DNA of 64,000 nucleotides from Caldicoprobacterales bacterium (GCA_050949255.1 JBMNFJ010000016.1:787809-851808); one strand, 5' to 3'; positions 18,008-26,586 are shown, counted from the first letter of the stretch. The notes: a model not told the origin generated them from the sequence alone. Numbers and translations: made by a program.

Positions 18008-18814
18008 TTAGCGTTTGTCCTTCCCTTGATAGTTATCTTCCTTGATTTTCTTATAGAAAAATGTTCTAACGGATTCAAAACCATATTTTTGGGGAAATAT
18101 AATATGCTCCGTACTGCCTACAAACAACACACCCTCACTTACCAAGGATTCTCTAAATTTTAAATATAATTGGTTCTTTGCTTCTTCAGTAAAGTATATT
18201 AGAACATTCCGACATATAATCAAATGGCAGCCCACGGGAAAGGGATCCATTAATAGATTATGTTGCCTAAACTCTACACTCTTTTTAATCTTTTCATCTA
18301 TTATGTAAAAGCCATCTTTGATCGTAAAATATTTATCTACATAGGACTTGGGCAGAGATTGCAGACTTTTTTCTAAATAGATACCTTTTTTCGCCTTTTT
18401 TAAGACTTCCCTATCAATGTCTGTGGCTAATATTTTTGCGTGGTTTGAAGGTAAAAATTCTTGTAACACCATAGCCAATGAATAGGGTTCTTCCCCTGTA
18501 GAACATGCAGCGCTCCATATTTTTAGTTTATCATGCTTTTCCAAAAGCATGGGGATAATATCCCTTTTAAGCGTTTCCCATTGGTTGGCGTTTCTGTAGA
18601 ATTCAGAAACATTGATAGTAATATAATCAATAAAGCTTGCCAACATATCCTTGTCATTGGCCAACGCTCTGTAGTAATCCTCATAATGTTTGTAGTTATG
18701 CCTATTAATCAGAGAATCAATTCTACGTTTCATCTGACGTTCTTTATAGCAAGATAGATCAATTTTTGTCAATTCAAAAAAAGCTCTGGTAAAATCCTCA
18801 TAATTCCAGTGCAT
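18008..18814 (-). CDS. cheR: CheR-type protein-glutamate O-methyltransferase
   Basis: 268 aa. Contains NVSEFYRN, IWSAACSTGEEPYSLAM and IICRNVLIYF. Confidence 0.88.
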   Translation of the reverse strand: MHWNYEDFTRAFFELTKIDLSCYKERQMKRRIDSLINRHNYKHYEDYYRALANDKDMLASFIDYITINVSEFYRNANQWETLKRDIIPMLLEKHDKLKIWSAACSTGEEPYSLAMVLQEFLPSNHAKILATDIDREVLKKAKKGIYLEKSLQSLPKSYVDKYFTIKDGFYIIDEKIKKSVEFRQHNLLMDPFPVGCHLIICRNVLIYFTEEAKNQLYLKFRESLVSEGVLFVGSTEHIIFPQKYGFESVRTFFYKKIKEDNYQGKDKR

Positions 18815-18872
18815 CTATATTACCCCTTACAAAATACTTTATCTGTTTGTATAGTGTATCATGAATACGAAT

Positions 18873-18902
18873 AAAAAAGAAGTCGTGAATTGTCACGACT
18901 TC
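18873..18902 (-). terminator. rho-independent terminator (second of two after the S1 gene)
   Basis: Minus strand GAAGTCGTGACAATTCACGACTTC followed by TTTTTT. Confidence 0.75.
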
Positions 18903-18969
18903 ATGTAAAGGGGGTCTCAATGTGTTTGTGAGGTCGATTATATTATTAGCCTTTTTATTTTTTTTATGC

Positions 18970-18995
18970 AAAAAAGAAAGGCAGAATATCTGCCT
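18970..18995 (-). terminator. rho-independent terminator immediately after the S1 gene
   Basis: Minus strand AGGCAGATATTCTGCCT followed by TTCTTTTTT. Confidence 0.65.
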
Positions 18996-19027
18996 AATAG
19001 AAAAATGATATTTAGATATAATCTTTA

Positions 19028-20473
19028 CTAGCTAAAATCTTCCGGGAAAAATTCTCCCAGTGATACAGTCATATCTTCTTTTTGAAATTGTTCTTCTTTT
19101 GCTTTAGGTTTAGCCGGCTCTGGTTTTATTCTTTCTTCAGGTAATAATTCTCTAATGCTAAGACTAATTCTTCTGTTTTCAGAATTAGCATCTAAAACCT
19201 TCACATCGACTTCTTGGCCAATGGTGAGCTCATCTTCTACCTTTTGTATCCTTCTGTTGGCTACTTGCGAAATATGAACTAACCCGTCCACGCCTGGCTC
19301 CAGTTCAATAAATGCACCAAAAGAAGTAATGCGTACTACTTTTCCCTTTACAGTTGAGCCTACAGGGTATTTCTCTTCTACATTATCCCATGGATGGGGC
19401 AAAGTCTGCTTGTAGCCAAGTGAAATCCTTTCTTTCTCGCGATCAACGGCTAAAACAATAACTTCCACATTCTCCTCTTCACTGAGGACCTCTCTAGGAT
19501 CATTTACATGGCCCCAGGATAGATCAGAAATATGGATAAGGCCATCAACGCCACCAATATCAACAAAAGCGCCAAAATTTGTTAAGCGTTTTACTACACC
19601 TTTGATTCGCTGACCTTCTTCAATTGAAGACCAAAGTTTCTGCCGTCTTTCTTCTTCCTCAGCCTCTAGTATAACTCTTTGAGAGGCTACTACTCTCCTA
19701 CGTCTTCTTTCCAGCTCAATTATTCTGAGCCGTAATGTCTTGCCAACAAAAGTGCTAAGATCTTCAACATAACTATTGGAGAGCTGGGAGGCAGGCACAA
19801 AGGCTCTAATATCACCTATCTTTGCGATGACTCCACCTTTTACCGCTTCTGTGCATATACCTTCAAATTCCTCCCCAGTCTCTAACCCTTTTTCTATAGC
19901 TTGCCATGCCCTTTTTCTTTCAACAGATTTACGCGATAGTATTACATTTCCTTCTTCATCCTTAACCTTAAGAACCTCTACTTCTACTTCATCGCCTGGA
20001 TTATACAAATCGAATGGAGTTTGATCTTCATCGAGTATTAGTTCATTCAGCGGTATAATTCCATCAGCCTTATAGCCGATATTGACAATCACTTCAGATT
20101 CGTTGACGGATAGGACCGTTCCTTTTATCATTTGTCCGGATCTTAGGGTTACCATTGTCTCCTCAAAATCTTCCATAGTTATAGCCTCTTCCGGACTATC
20201 ATCCTCTGAATTATTTTCCTGTGCTTCTGTTAATTCATCATCTTCCTGGGAAGCATCATGCTCTTCAGCCTCGACCAAATCCCTGTCCTCTTCCGTAGAA
20301 TCATCTGTTTGCGATTCAATGGTATCATTTTCAACCATGGGGGGATTCTCCCTCTGTGGCATTATTGTCTCTTCATTAATTTCATTAGTTGTCGGCGTTT
20401 CGTTGTCAATGACCTGATTGTCCTTTGGAGCATCATTGACCTTTTCATTGTTGTTTCCTTCAAATGCATTCAT
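19028..20473 (-). CDS. rpsA: 30S ribosomal protein S1 homolog (four S1 domains) with a long acidic N-terminal extension
   Basis: 481 aa. Repeated S1 motifs (G.V..V....V.V..G..G..P). Sits in the conserved cmk-plsC-(ispH)-rpsA neighbourhood. The first 100 aa or so are E/D/N/T-rich low complexity. Confidence 0.85.
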   Translation of the reverse strand: MNAFEGNNNEKVNDAPKDNQVIDNETPTTNEINEETIMPQRENPPMVENDTIESQTDDSTEEDRDLVEAEEHDASQEDDELTEAQENNSEDDSPEEAITMEDFEETMVTLRSGQMIKGTVLSVNESEVIVNIGYKADGIIPLNELILDEDQTPFDLYNPGDEVEVEVLKVKDEEGNVILSRKSVERKRAWQAIEKGLETGEEFEGICTEAVKGGVIAKIGDIRAFVPASQLSNSYVEDLSTFVGKTLRLRIIELERRRRRVVASQRVILEAEEEERRQKLWSSIEEGQRIKGVVKRLTNFGAFVDIGGVDGLIHISDLSWGHVNDPREVLSEEENVEVIVLAVDREKERISLGYKQTLPHPWDNVEEKYPVGSTVKGKVVRITSFGAFIELEPGVDGLVHISQVANRRIQKVEDELTIGQEVDVKVLDANSENRRISLSIRELLPEERIKPEPAKPKAKEEQFQKEDMTVSLGEFFPEDFS

Positions 20474-20599
20474 CCTAAAAATTACCTCCTTGATGACCCA
20501 ATCAGGCTTTTAGTATCCGCTTTAATACCACTATCCCTTTTGGATCTTATACATTAAAATCAATATCAATTACTGCTCAAATAACAACTGTATTCTCAC

Positions 20600-20920
20600 A
20601 GCATGATTAGCTTAAATAGCATTTTTAACGTGGATTTGTAACCACAACGATAAACAATTCTAGCCTTATCCTTAGTCCTCGCCTCCCTTTGGAATTAAAA
20701 ATACATTAATTCCAATCCTCCATATCACAGTCCGTTTACCATTGACGATGATAATAATATCATACCCATTAAGGTGATATTCTTCCGCCAGCTTCGGGCA
20801 TGTTTGGTATTTGGAGATAAAATAATTTACGTGCTTATAACTGCAGTGCTATTATAAAACATTTCCCCATGACATTGAACCGGATACAATATTTATATTT
20901 AATTCTTGCCCGACTTTCAT
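20600..20920 (-). pseudogene. ispH: probable decayed remnant of ispH (lytB)
   Basis: Stop-bounded minus-strand frame at 20672-20848 gives HCSYKHVNYFISKYQTCPKLAEEYHLNGYDIIIIVNGKRTVIWRIGINVFLIPKGGED. This parallels remembered IspH motifs (D-A-T-C-P-x-V, KGYxIIIxGxKxHPEVxGIxG). There is no start codon and neighbouring frames are broken. Many Clostridia carry ispH, or an ispH-S1 fusion, at this position. Confidence 0.4.
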
Positions 20921-21021
20921 AAAAATACATCTCTACCTATTACTTTTCGATATAATAGCACTAAATCCTTCTTTTTTGGAAAAAATATAGGAAAAATAAT
21001 TGAATTGCGGATATTTACTCT

Positions 21022-21603
21022 CTAATCATCAAATAAAGAATTCAAAGAGTTCTCCATGTCCCTGGACATCAATTCAATCAATTCGGTATTAGATTTTTGG
21101 GAATAATAGTATTCCATATCCAATTCTTTTCCTATAATTACCTTCATAGGATGAAATAGCTTATATCCCCCAATTACCCCCACAGGTACTACTTTTGCTT
21201 TTGACTTATGGGCAATGGAAGCAGCACCAAAGGAAAAGTCCTTAACCTTTCCTTGCTTTCTACGTGTTCCTTCTGGAAAGATACCAAATACATTATTGTT
21301 TTTTAAAACCCTAAGAGAATTCTTTATAGCTGATAGGTCGGCGGTGCCCCTTTTTACTGGAAAAGCTCCGAGTTTTTTTAGTGTAAATCTTAGGATTGGA
21401 TTTTTAAAGAGCTCCACTTTTGCCATAAAATATACCCTTCGCGGTAGAATGCATCCAATAAGAATTGGATCTAACATAGATATATGATTAGAATAAAGAA
21501 TAACTGCCCCTGTCATTGGAAAATTGTTTAGACCTACAACCTTAGGCCTATATAAAAGAAACAGGATAGGACGAAGTATAGCCCTGAGAATCTTATAGAA
21601 CAT
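21022..21603 (-). CDS. plsC: 1-acyl-sn-glycerol-3-phosphate acyltransferase
   Basis: 193 aa. Has the acyltransferase motifs NHISMLDP and FPEGTR. Confidence 0.88.
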   Translation of the reverse strand: MFYKILRAILRPILFLLYRPKVVGLNNFPMTGAVILYSNHISMLDPILIGCILPRRVYFMAKVELFKNPILRFTLKKLGAFPVKRGTADLSAIKNSLRVLKNNNVFGIFPEGTRRKQGKVKDFSFGAASIAHKSKAKVVPVGVIGGYKLFHPMKVIIGKELDMEYYYSQKSNTELIELMSRDMENSLNSLFDD

Positions 21604-21605
21604 GC

Positions 21606-22706
21606 CTATCCCTCCTTACTATTCATGAAATAATTCTCTATATGTCCTAACATTTCTGCCAATACCTCTTTAATAGACTTACATGTTGTATCAATGATTA
21701 TGGCATCTTCTGATGCTACTAAGGGGGCAAAGTTACGACTTTTATCGTTGGTATCTCTCGCCTCAATATCCCTCTTAACGGCTTCTATGCTCTCCTTATA
21801 CCCTTTCAAACGCAATTCTTCCCATCTTCTCCTTGCTCTTTCGTCTAATGAAGCAGTCAAATAGAATTTGAAAGTTGCATCAGGTAATACATAGGTACCT
21901 ATATCCCTACCATCCATTACTAATGATTTTGATTTTGCCATGTCACGTTGAATCTTAGCTAATTTAATACGTACTTCAGGTATAACTGCTACTTGAGAGG
22001 CGCCTTTGGATATCTCTGGACATCGGATTTTATGAGTAACATCTTGTCCATCCAATATAACAATTTGTTTATCACCATCGAATTTAATTTCTATTTCTGT
22101 TGATGATAGGGCAACGATTATTTCTTGAGTGTTGAAAAAATCAATGTTTTTACTGAGCATTTTATATGCAACTGCTCTATACATTGCACCAGTATCAAGA
22201 TACACTATCCCTAATTTACTTGAAAGTGCTTTGGCTATGGTACTCTTACCAGCACCAGCGGGGCCATCAATTGCTACAGTGAACTGTTGTTCTGACATAA
22301 TTTTGGAAATCTGCTCTTGTATTAGATCCGGTCTTAGAGATTTTGCTTTTTTTAGGTAAACATGCTCTATAGTCCTAGAATGGGGTGATTGGATATTCAT
22401 CATAACACGGATACATTTTTCTAAACTACCCTTGACATACATTTCTTGACAACAGAATAATGGTATATCTACCATCCCCAATTCTCGGGCTGCTACCGCG
22501 GGGTATATTGAATCCAGATCCTTGGTGCCTGTGAAAATAATGCTAATTATCTCATTATAATCTATTTTATTCCTTCTGATAATTTCTTTCAGTAATACTG
22601 TGGTATTGTCCAATATCTGCTGGGGAGTGTTATCATCTACGGTAATAGCTCCCCTTATAGCGTAAAATAACAATTGTTTTTCCCCCTCATATAGCTCTGT
22701 GACCAA
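21606..22706 (-). CDS. cmk: fusion protein: AroH-type chorismate mutase (N-terminal) and cytidylate kinase (C-terminal)
   Basis: Residues about 15-127 (IRGAITVDDNT...YPAVAARELG...CCQEMYVKGSLEKCIRVMMNI...HVYLKKAKSLRPDL) parallel B. subtilis AroH. From about residue 142, FTVAIDGPAGAGKSTIAK...DTGAMYR...DGRDIGT is Cmk. One uninterrupted frame. The true start may be the TTG at 22673 (SD GAGGGGG). Confidence 0.85.
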   Translation of the reverse strand: MVTELYEGEKQLLFYAIRGAITVDDNTPQQILDNTTVLLKEIIRRNKIDYNEIISIIFTGTKDLDSIYPAVAARELGMVDIPLFCCQEMYVKGSLEKCIRVMMNIQSPHSRTIEHVYLKKAKSLRPDLIQEQISKIMSEQQFTVAIDGPAGAGKSTIAKALSSKLGIVYLDTGAMYRAVAYKMLSKNIDFFNTQEIIVALSSTEIEIKFDGDKQIVILDGQDVTHKIRCPEISKGASQVAVIPEVRIKLAKIQRDMAKSKSLVMDGRDIGTYVLPDATFKFYLTASLDERARRRWEELRLKGYKESIEAVKRDIEARDTNDKSRNFAPLVASEDAIIIDTTCKSIKEVLAEMLGHIENYFMNSKEG

Positions 22707-23100
22707 GGCCGATGGCTACTTCGTTAAGGTGAAGCAACCCTATCCCAAAGAATAAGGCTACACTAACATGGTCATGATATCTTGCAACTGCAATCTTACC
22801 GCCCACACTCAATCCCATGGCTTTGTGCATAATCTGGGCAATGGCCTCTCTTGTGGCACCAGCTACGGCACCTTCTTCAGCATGGGAGTCCCCTATTACC
22901 CCCTCACGTTTGGAAGCAACTACTGCTCTTTCAATAATCTTGTTTACTGATGTGATGAAGTCACCGCCATAATCTATGGCCACGGTCCTAATACCTGTTT
23001 TTAAATATTCTTCCTTATAATAATTCTCCTCAGCCCTATTTTTTGTAAGGCTCATCTGAATTGCAATTCTGGCAACCTCGCGACTCCCAAGCAAATCCAT
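22687..23100 (-). CDS. HutP-family RNA-binding (antiterminator-like) protein
   Basis: 137 aa. The C-terminus VSVALFFGIGLLHLNEVAIGLGHRAI parallels the B. subtilis HutP C-terminus (AVSLYGTIGAPIKGLEHETFGVGINHI). Confidence 0.65.
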   Translation of the reverse strand: MDLLGSREVARIAIQMSLTKNRAEENYYKEEYLKTGIRTVAIDYGGDFITSVNKIIERAVVASKREGVIGDSHAEEGAVAGATREAIAQIMHKAMGLSVGGKIAVARYHDHVSVALFFGIGLLHLNEVAIGLGHRAI

Positions 23101-23136
23101 ATCATATCTCCTTCGTGCTAGTATATGTACATAATC

Positions 23137-23165
23137 ATTATAAGGCAGGCCCCCAGCTTGTACAA
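23137..23165 (-). promoter_or_regulatory. sigma-A type promoter for the hutP-like/aroH-cmk/plsC transcription unit
   Basis: Minus strand TTGTAC-17 nt-TATAAT, about 35 nt upstream of the hutP-like ATG. Confidence 0.5.
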
Positions 23166-23252
23166 GTGGTTTTTTTATTCAAGAAATAACTAACCACTAA
23201 AATAGTAGAAAACATTTTTAGACCTTTAAAGTGCTAAAAGTGGTATTTGGGC

Positions 23253-23864
23253 TTAGGATTTAAGATGGTTTAAATTATTAAGATATAGGATAGTGTTGTT
23301 TCCTTCATCCATACTTATTAGACTCAGACCTGTTTGGTCTATTTTAAAACGAGTTATCAAATTGAGAGGAATCCCGATTAGGCTAAAAATTAAAACTTTA
23401 ACAGTAGCTGAATGGGAAATGACCAAGATATTATTGCCGTTCCCTGGGTAGTTATTCTTCAACTTTTCTATAAATGAGTTGACTCTGTTGCAGACTGATA
23501 AAAGATTCTCCCCTCCTTTTGGAGAGTAGGATAGTTCATTACGCCATCTTGCAAGTTGGCCCGGGTACTTGGCCTCAATTTCAGGCGTAGACAACCCTTC
23601 CCAACTACCAAAGGAAACCTCCCTAAGCAGTGGATCACTAATAGGATTTAATTGTAATTGGTTCCCGATTATTTCGGCTGTTTCTCTGGCTCTTAAAAGA
23701 TCACTGCAGTAGATAGCCGTGATTTGTTCTTTTTTCTCTAAATATTCTCCCAATTTCTTCGCCTGTACTCGGCCTAGATCGCTGAGGCATGTATTCTGCA
23801 TCCCTTGAGTTTTACCTAGACGGTTCCATTCAGTTTCTCCATGACGAGTCAAAAATAATCGCAT
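23253..23864 (-). CDS. histidine phosphatase family protein (phosphoglycerate mutase/CobC-like)
   Basis: 203 aa. N-terminal catalytic motif LTRHGETEWN, later ISHSATVK. Confidence 0.85.
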   Translation of the reverse strand: MRLFLTRHGETEWNRLGKTQGMQNTCLSDLGRVQAKKLGEYLEKKEQITAIYCSDLLRARETAEIIGNQLQLNPISDPLLREVSFGSWEGLSTPEIEAKYPGQLARWRNELSYSPKGGENLLSVCNRVNSFIEKLKNNYPGNGNNILVISHSATVKVLIFSLIGIPLNLITRFKIDQTGLSLISMDEGNNTILYLNNLNHLKS

Positions 23865-23882
23865 GAACTACCCCTTTCCAGA

Positions 23883-24755
23883 CTAGGAATCTGCCATATC
23901 CTTACTTACATATACGTTAAATTTATCCCATAACTCTTCCAGAGTCCTAAACCCTGACGCAACCTGAGGACTCTTCCGCATGCTTATGCCGACTATAAGA
24001 GCGTTTATTAAGCTTAAAGGGGCTACTAATGAGTCAACAAAGGATGCCATATTGCTCCTTGCCAGTAATGTATAATCGGAGTATGCAGTCAAAGGAGATA
24101 ATTGGCTGTCGGTTAGAGCTACTGTCGTTGCACCACGTTCCTTAGCAAAGGACATAGCCTCTATAGTTCTGCTGGCATAACGCGGATAACTGATTCCTAT
24201 TAACAAATCATCTTTATCTATGTGGATTAGCTGTTCAAAGATATCATTAACTCCTGAGGTGGTTATTCTCACATTATCAAGTATAAAATTTAAATAATAA
24301 CCCATAAATTGTGCCAACGGGGCAGCACTTCTTAGACCCAGAATATAGATTTTATCAGCTTTGACAACACTGTCGATGACGCTTTCGAAAACCTTACTAT
24401 CTGCTTCCTCGATAGTCATGCGTATATTGTTCATGTCAGCCTTTAAAACATTGCTAAGGATCATAGATTGATCCAGATCCGACGACATCTCAATCCTTTG
24501 CAAGGTTGTAAGTTTGGTTCTTATAAGTTCCTGTAAAGCCTTTTGCAGTTTTGGATACCCATCATAATCAAGCATATTTGCAAATCTAACTACTGTCGAC
24601 TCGCTTACCCCTACCTTTTCACCTAGCCGATAAGCCGTCATGAACGCTGCTTTATCGTAGTTATTGATAATGTATTCCGAGATTAGTTTTTGGCCCTTAC
24701 TCATCCTCTTATAGTTGATATTGATCCGATGAATCAAATCATCCTCAATCGCCAC
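23883..24755 (-). CDS. MurR/RpiR family transcriptional regulator (HTH plus SIS domain)
   Basis: N-terminal HTH_6-like segment (LSKGQKLISEYIINNYDKAAFMTAYRLGEKVGVSESTVVRFA) and a SIS domain. Start placed at the GTG at 24755 (SD AGGGGG). The ORF track starts at 24773. Confidence 0.82.
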   Translation of the reverse strand: MAIEDDLIHRININYKRMSKGQKLISEYIINNYDKAAFMTAYRLGEKVGVSESTVVRFANMLDYDGYPKLQKALQELIRTKLTTLQRIEMSSDLDQSMILSNVLKADMNNIRMTIEEADSKVFESVIDSVVKADKIYILGLRSAAPLAQFMGYYLNFILDNVRITTSGVNDIFEQLIHIDKDDLLIGISYPRYASRTIEAMSFAKERGATTVALTDSQLSPLTAYSDYTLLARSNMASFVDSLVAPLSLINALIVGISMRKSPQVASGFRTLEELWDKFNVYVSKDMADS

Positions 24756-25023
24756 GATAATCCCCCTATACAAAGGTTAATTTATATAATCATTCTCATT
24801 TTATCATAAGCCTTATTATATGCAAGATTATTTTGTGACCTCTGAATAAAATCTGGTTGCATTATAAAACATTGACACATTATGGTATTTCAATACGATA
24901 ACTTTTGAAAATCAAAACACCTACTTTTATTTTGGATATTTATAAACACCTTTCCATAAAATAAATTAACTAATGTTTGATATATAAGCTTTATGACTAG
25001 GACAATGCCTTGATATTTGAAAG

Positions 25024-25031
25024 ATGTGAAC
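25024..25031. repeat. 8-bp target-site duplication (left copy) ATGTGAAC
   Basis: Exact direct repeat of 26587-26594, flanking the IS. Confidence 0.6.
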
Positions 25032-26586
25032 AGTCAAGTCCAAAATAGTGTGTAAAATGCCTCGGTAGTTAAATATTTTGAAATTCTTTAAAACGATATT
25101 TTTTGCACCTTGAAAAACATAAGGCGTTTATGCCGCGAAAGCCTGTTGATACGGTGGAGTCCCCTCTGGTATAATTTAGGGACGGAAATATACCCCCATA
25201 AGGTCATTTCCGCCATAAATGGGTGTCCAGAGGGGGCAGGGGCCCCCGTGTCAATAGGACCGTGGAATAAATGCGAGTTTTAGGCAGCGGGGCTATCCTT
25301 TAATTCTTTGTCCTGTATTTGATAATATAGAGCCATATCAAAGTATTTACGCCCTGTTTGCCATTTTTCATCATGCTCCATCAATAGAGCGCCCATGAGC
25401 CGGATGACAGATGCCGCATTGGGGAAGATTCTAATCACCCGTTCCCGACGACGGATTTCCTGGTTAAGCCTCTCTACACCATTGGTAGTGCGTAGCCGTT
25501 TCCGATACTTCAGGGGCAGTGCAAGAACAGCGGTTATGTCATCAAAGGCCTCGTCCAGTAAAGCTGTAGCCTTTGGTGCTTTGGATTCATAGGTTTTGAT
25601 GATCTGATCCCGAACCTTGCGAGCACTCTCCAGATCAACGGATTCGTAAAGCCGGCGCAGTTCTTCCTTAACTTCAGGCTGCAATGCTTTCGGCGTATGA
25701 TCCAGCATGTTCCTGGAAAAGTGAGTTTGACAACGCTGCCAGCTGGTTCCCTGAAAGTGCCTTCTAACAGCATTGACCAGTCCTTTGTGGTCATCGGAGG
25801 TAACCAGATCAACGTTCTTTAGTCCTCGGTCCTTAAGGGAAGAGAAGAGCTCTCCCCAACTGCTTTCTGATTCGCTGTTGGCTAATTGAAATCCGATGAT
25901 TTCACGATGGCCTTCTTCATTTACGGCTATGGCAATCAGTAAACCTCTTGACTGTATACGGCCATTCTCCCGTACCTTTACATAGATGGCATCCACCATG
26001 AGGAAGGGGTAATGGCACTTTAGAGGTCGTGTTCTAAAGGCTTCCACCATAGGATCCAGATTCTTGCAAAGAGCTGAGACGGTTGATTTGGAAAACTTCT
26101 TCCCACACAGCTCTTCGGTAATTTGCTCTACTTTTCGGGTGGAAACACCATTTATGACCATCTCCATCATTGCCAGAACCAGGGCTTGTTCACTACGCTG
26201 ATAACGGGCAAACAGTTCTGTAGAGAAATGGCCATTACGATGCCTGGGAACCCGCAAAGTGAGTGCACCCACTCGAGTAGTTAACTGTCTATCCCGGAAT
26301 CCATTGCGGTAGGCGGTCCTTCCTTCCGTACGCTCATAGGGCTGGGCTCCTATTTGCTCTGTTGATTGGGATAGGAGTACCTGGTTGAAGATTTCTTCCA
26401 ATAATTTGGAAAATGCTTCATCTCTGCCATTTGATAAAAATAATCCGTGCAAAAGTTCTTCGGTTATTGTAATATTATACTGAGCCATGGTTCATCCTCC
26501 TCGGTTTGGTATTTGTATCGTAACTATATTCTAACCGAGGTTGAGCCTTGGCTCAAATTATTTCTCTTTTTACACCATTATACGGA
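25032..26586 (-). mobile_element. IS256-family insertion sequence (about 1.56 kb)
   Basis: Carries a Mutator/IS256-type transposase. GC content is clearly higher than the flanks. The subterminal core GTGTAAAA is present in inverted orientation at both ends (25050-25057 and 26568-26575) and resembles remembered IS256 termini (GTCCGTATAATTGTGTAAAA). Flanked by the 8-bp direct repeat ATGTGAAC. The exact tips are uncertain because the ends are offset by 7 nt. Confidence 0.75.
25280..26488 (-). CDS. IS256 family transposase
   Basis: 402 aa. MAQYNITITEELLHGLF...RNGFRDRQLTTRVGALTLRVPRHRNG...VSTRKVE...DAIYVKVRENG...SDDHKGL...WQRCQTHF are typical IS256/Mutator transposase blocks. Confidence 0.92.
   Translation of the reverse strand: MAQYNITITEELLHGLFLSNGRDEAFSKLLEEIFNQVLLSQSTEQIGAQPYERTEGRTAYRNGFRDRQLTTRVGALTLRVPRHRNGHFSTELFARYQRSEQALVLAMMEMVINGVSTRKVEQITEELCGKKFSKSTVSALCKNLDPMVEAFRTRPLKCHYPFLMVDAIYVKVRENGRIQSRGLLIAIAVNEEGHREIIGFQLANSESESSWGELFSSLKDRGLKNVDLVTSDDHKGLVNAVRRHFQGTSWQRCQTHFSRNMLDHTPKALQPEVKEELRRLYESVDLESARKVRDQIIKTYESKAPKATALLDEAFDDITAVLALPLKYRKRLRTTNGVERLNQEIRRRERVIRIFPNAASVIRLMGALLMEHDEKWQTGRKYFDMALYYQIQDKELKDSPAA

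Noticed and set aside
23145-23178. Apparent plus-strand intrinsic terminator (CCAGCTTGTACAAGTGG plus TTTTTTT)
   Set aside because: No plus-strand gene or promoter feeds into it and the stem is imperfect. The same bases are better explained as the -35 region and spacer of the minus-strand promoter for the hutP-like gene.
25395-25812. ORFs of 65 aa (+) and 92 aa (-) inside the transposase gene
   Set aside because: They are alternative frames of a GC-richer gene, have no SD, and are fully embedded in the IS256 transposase CDS.
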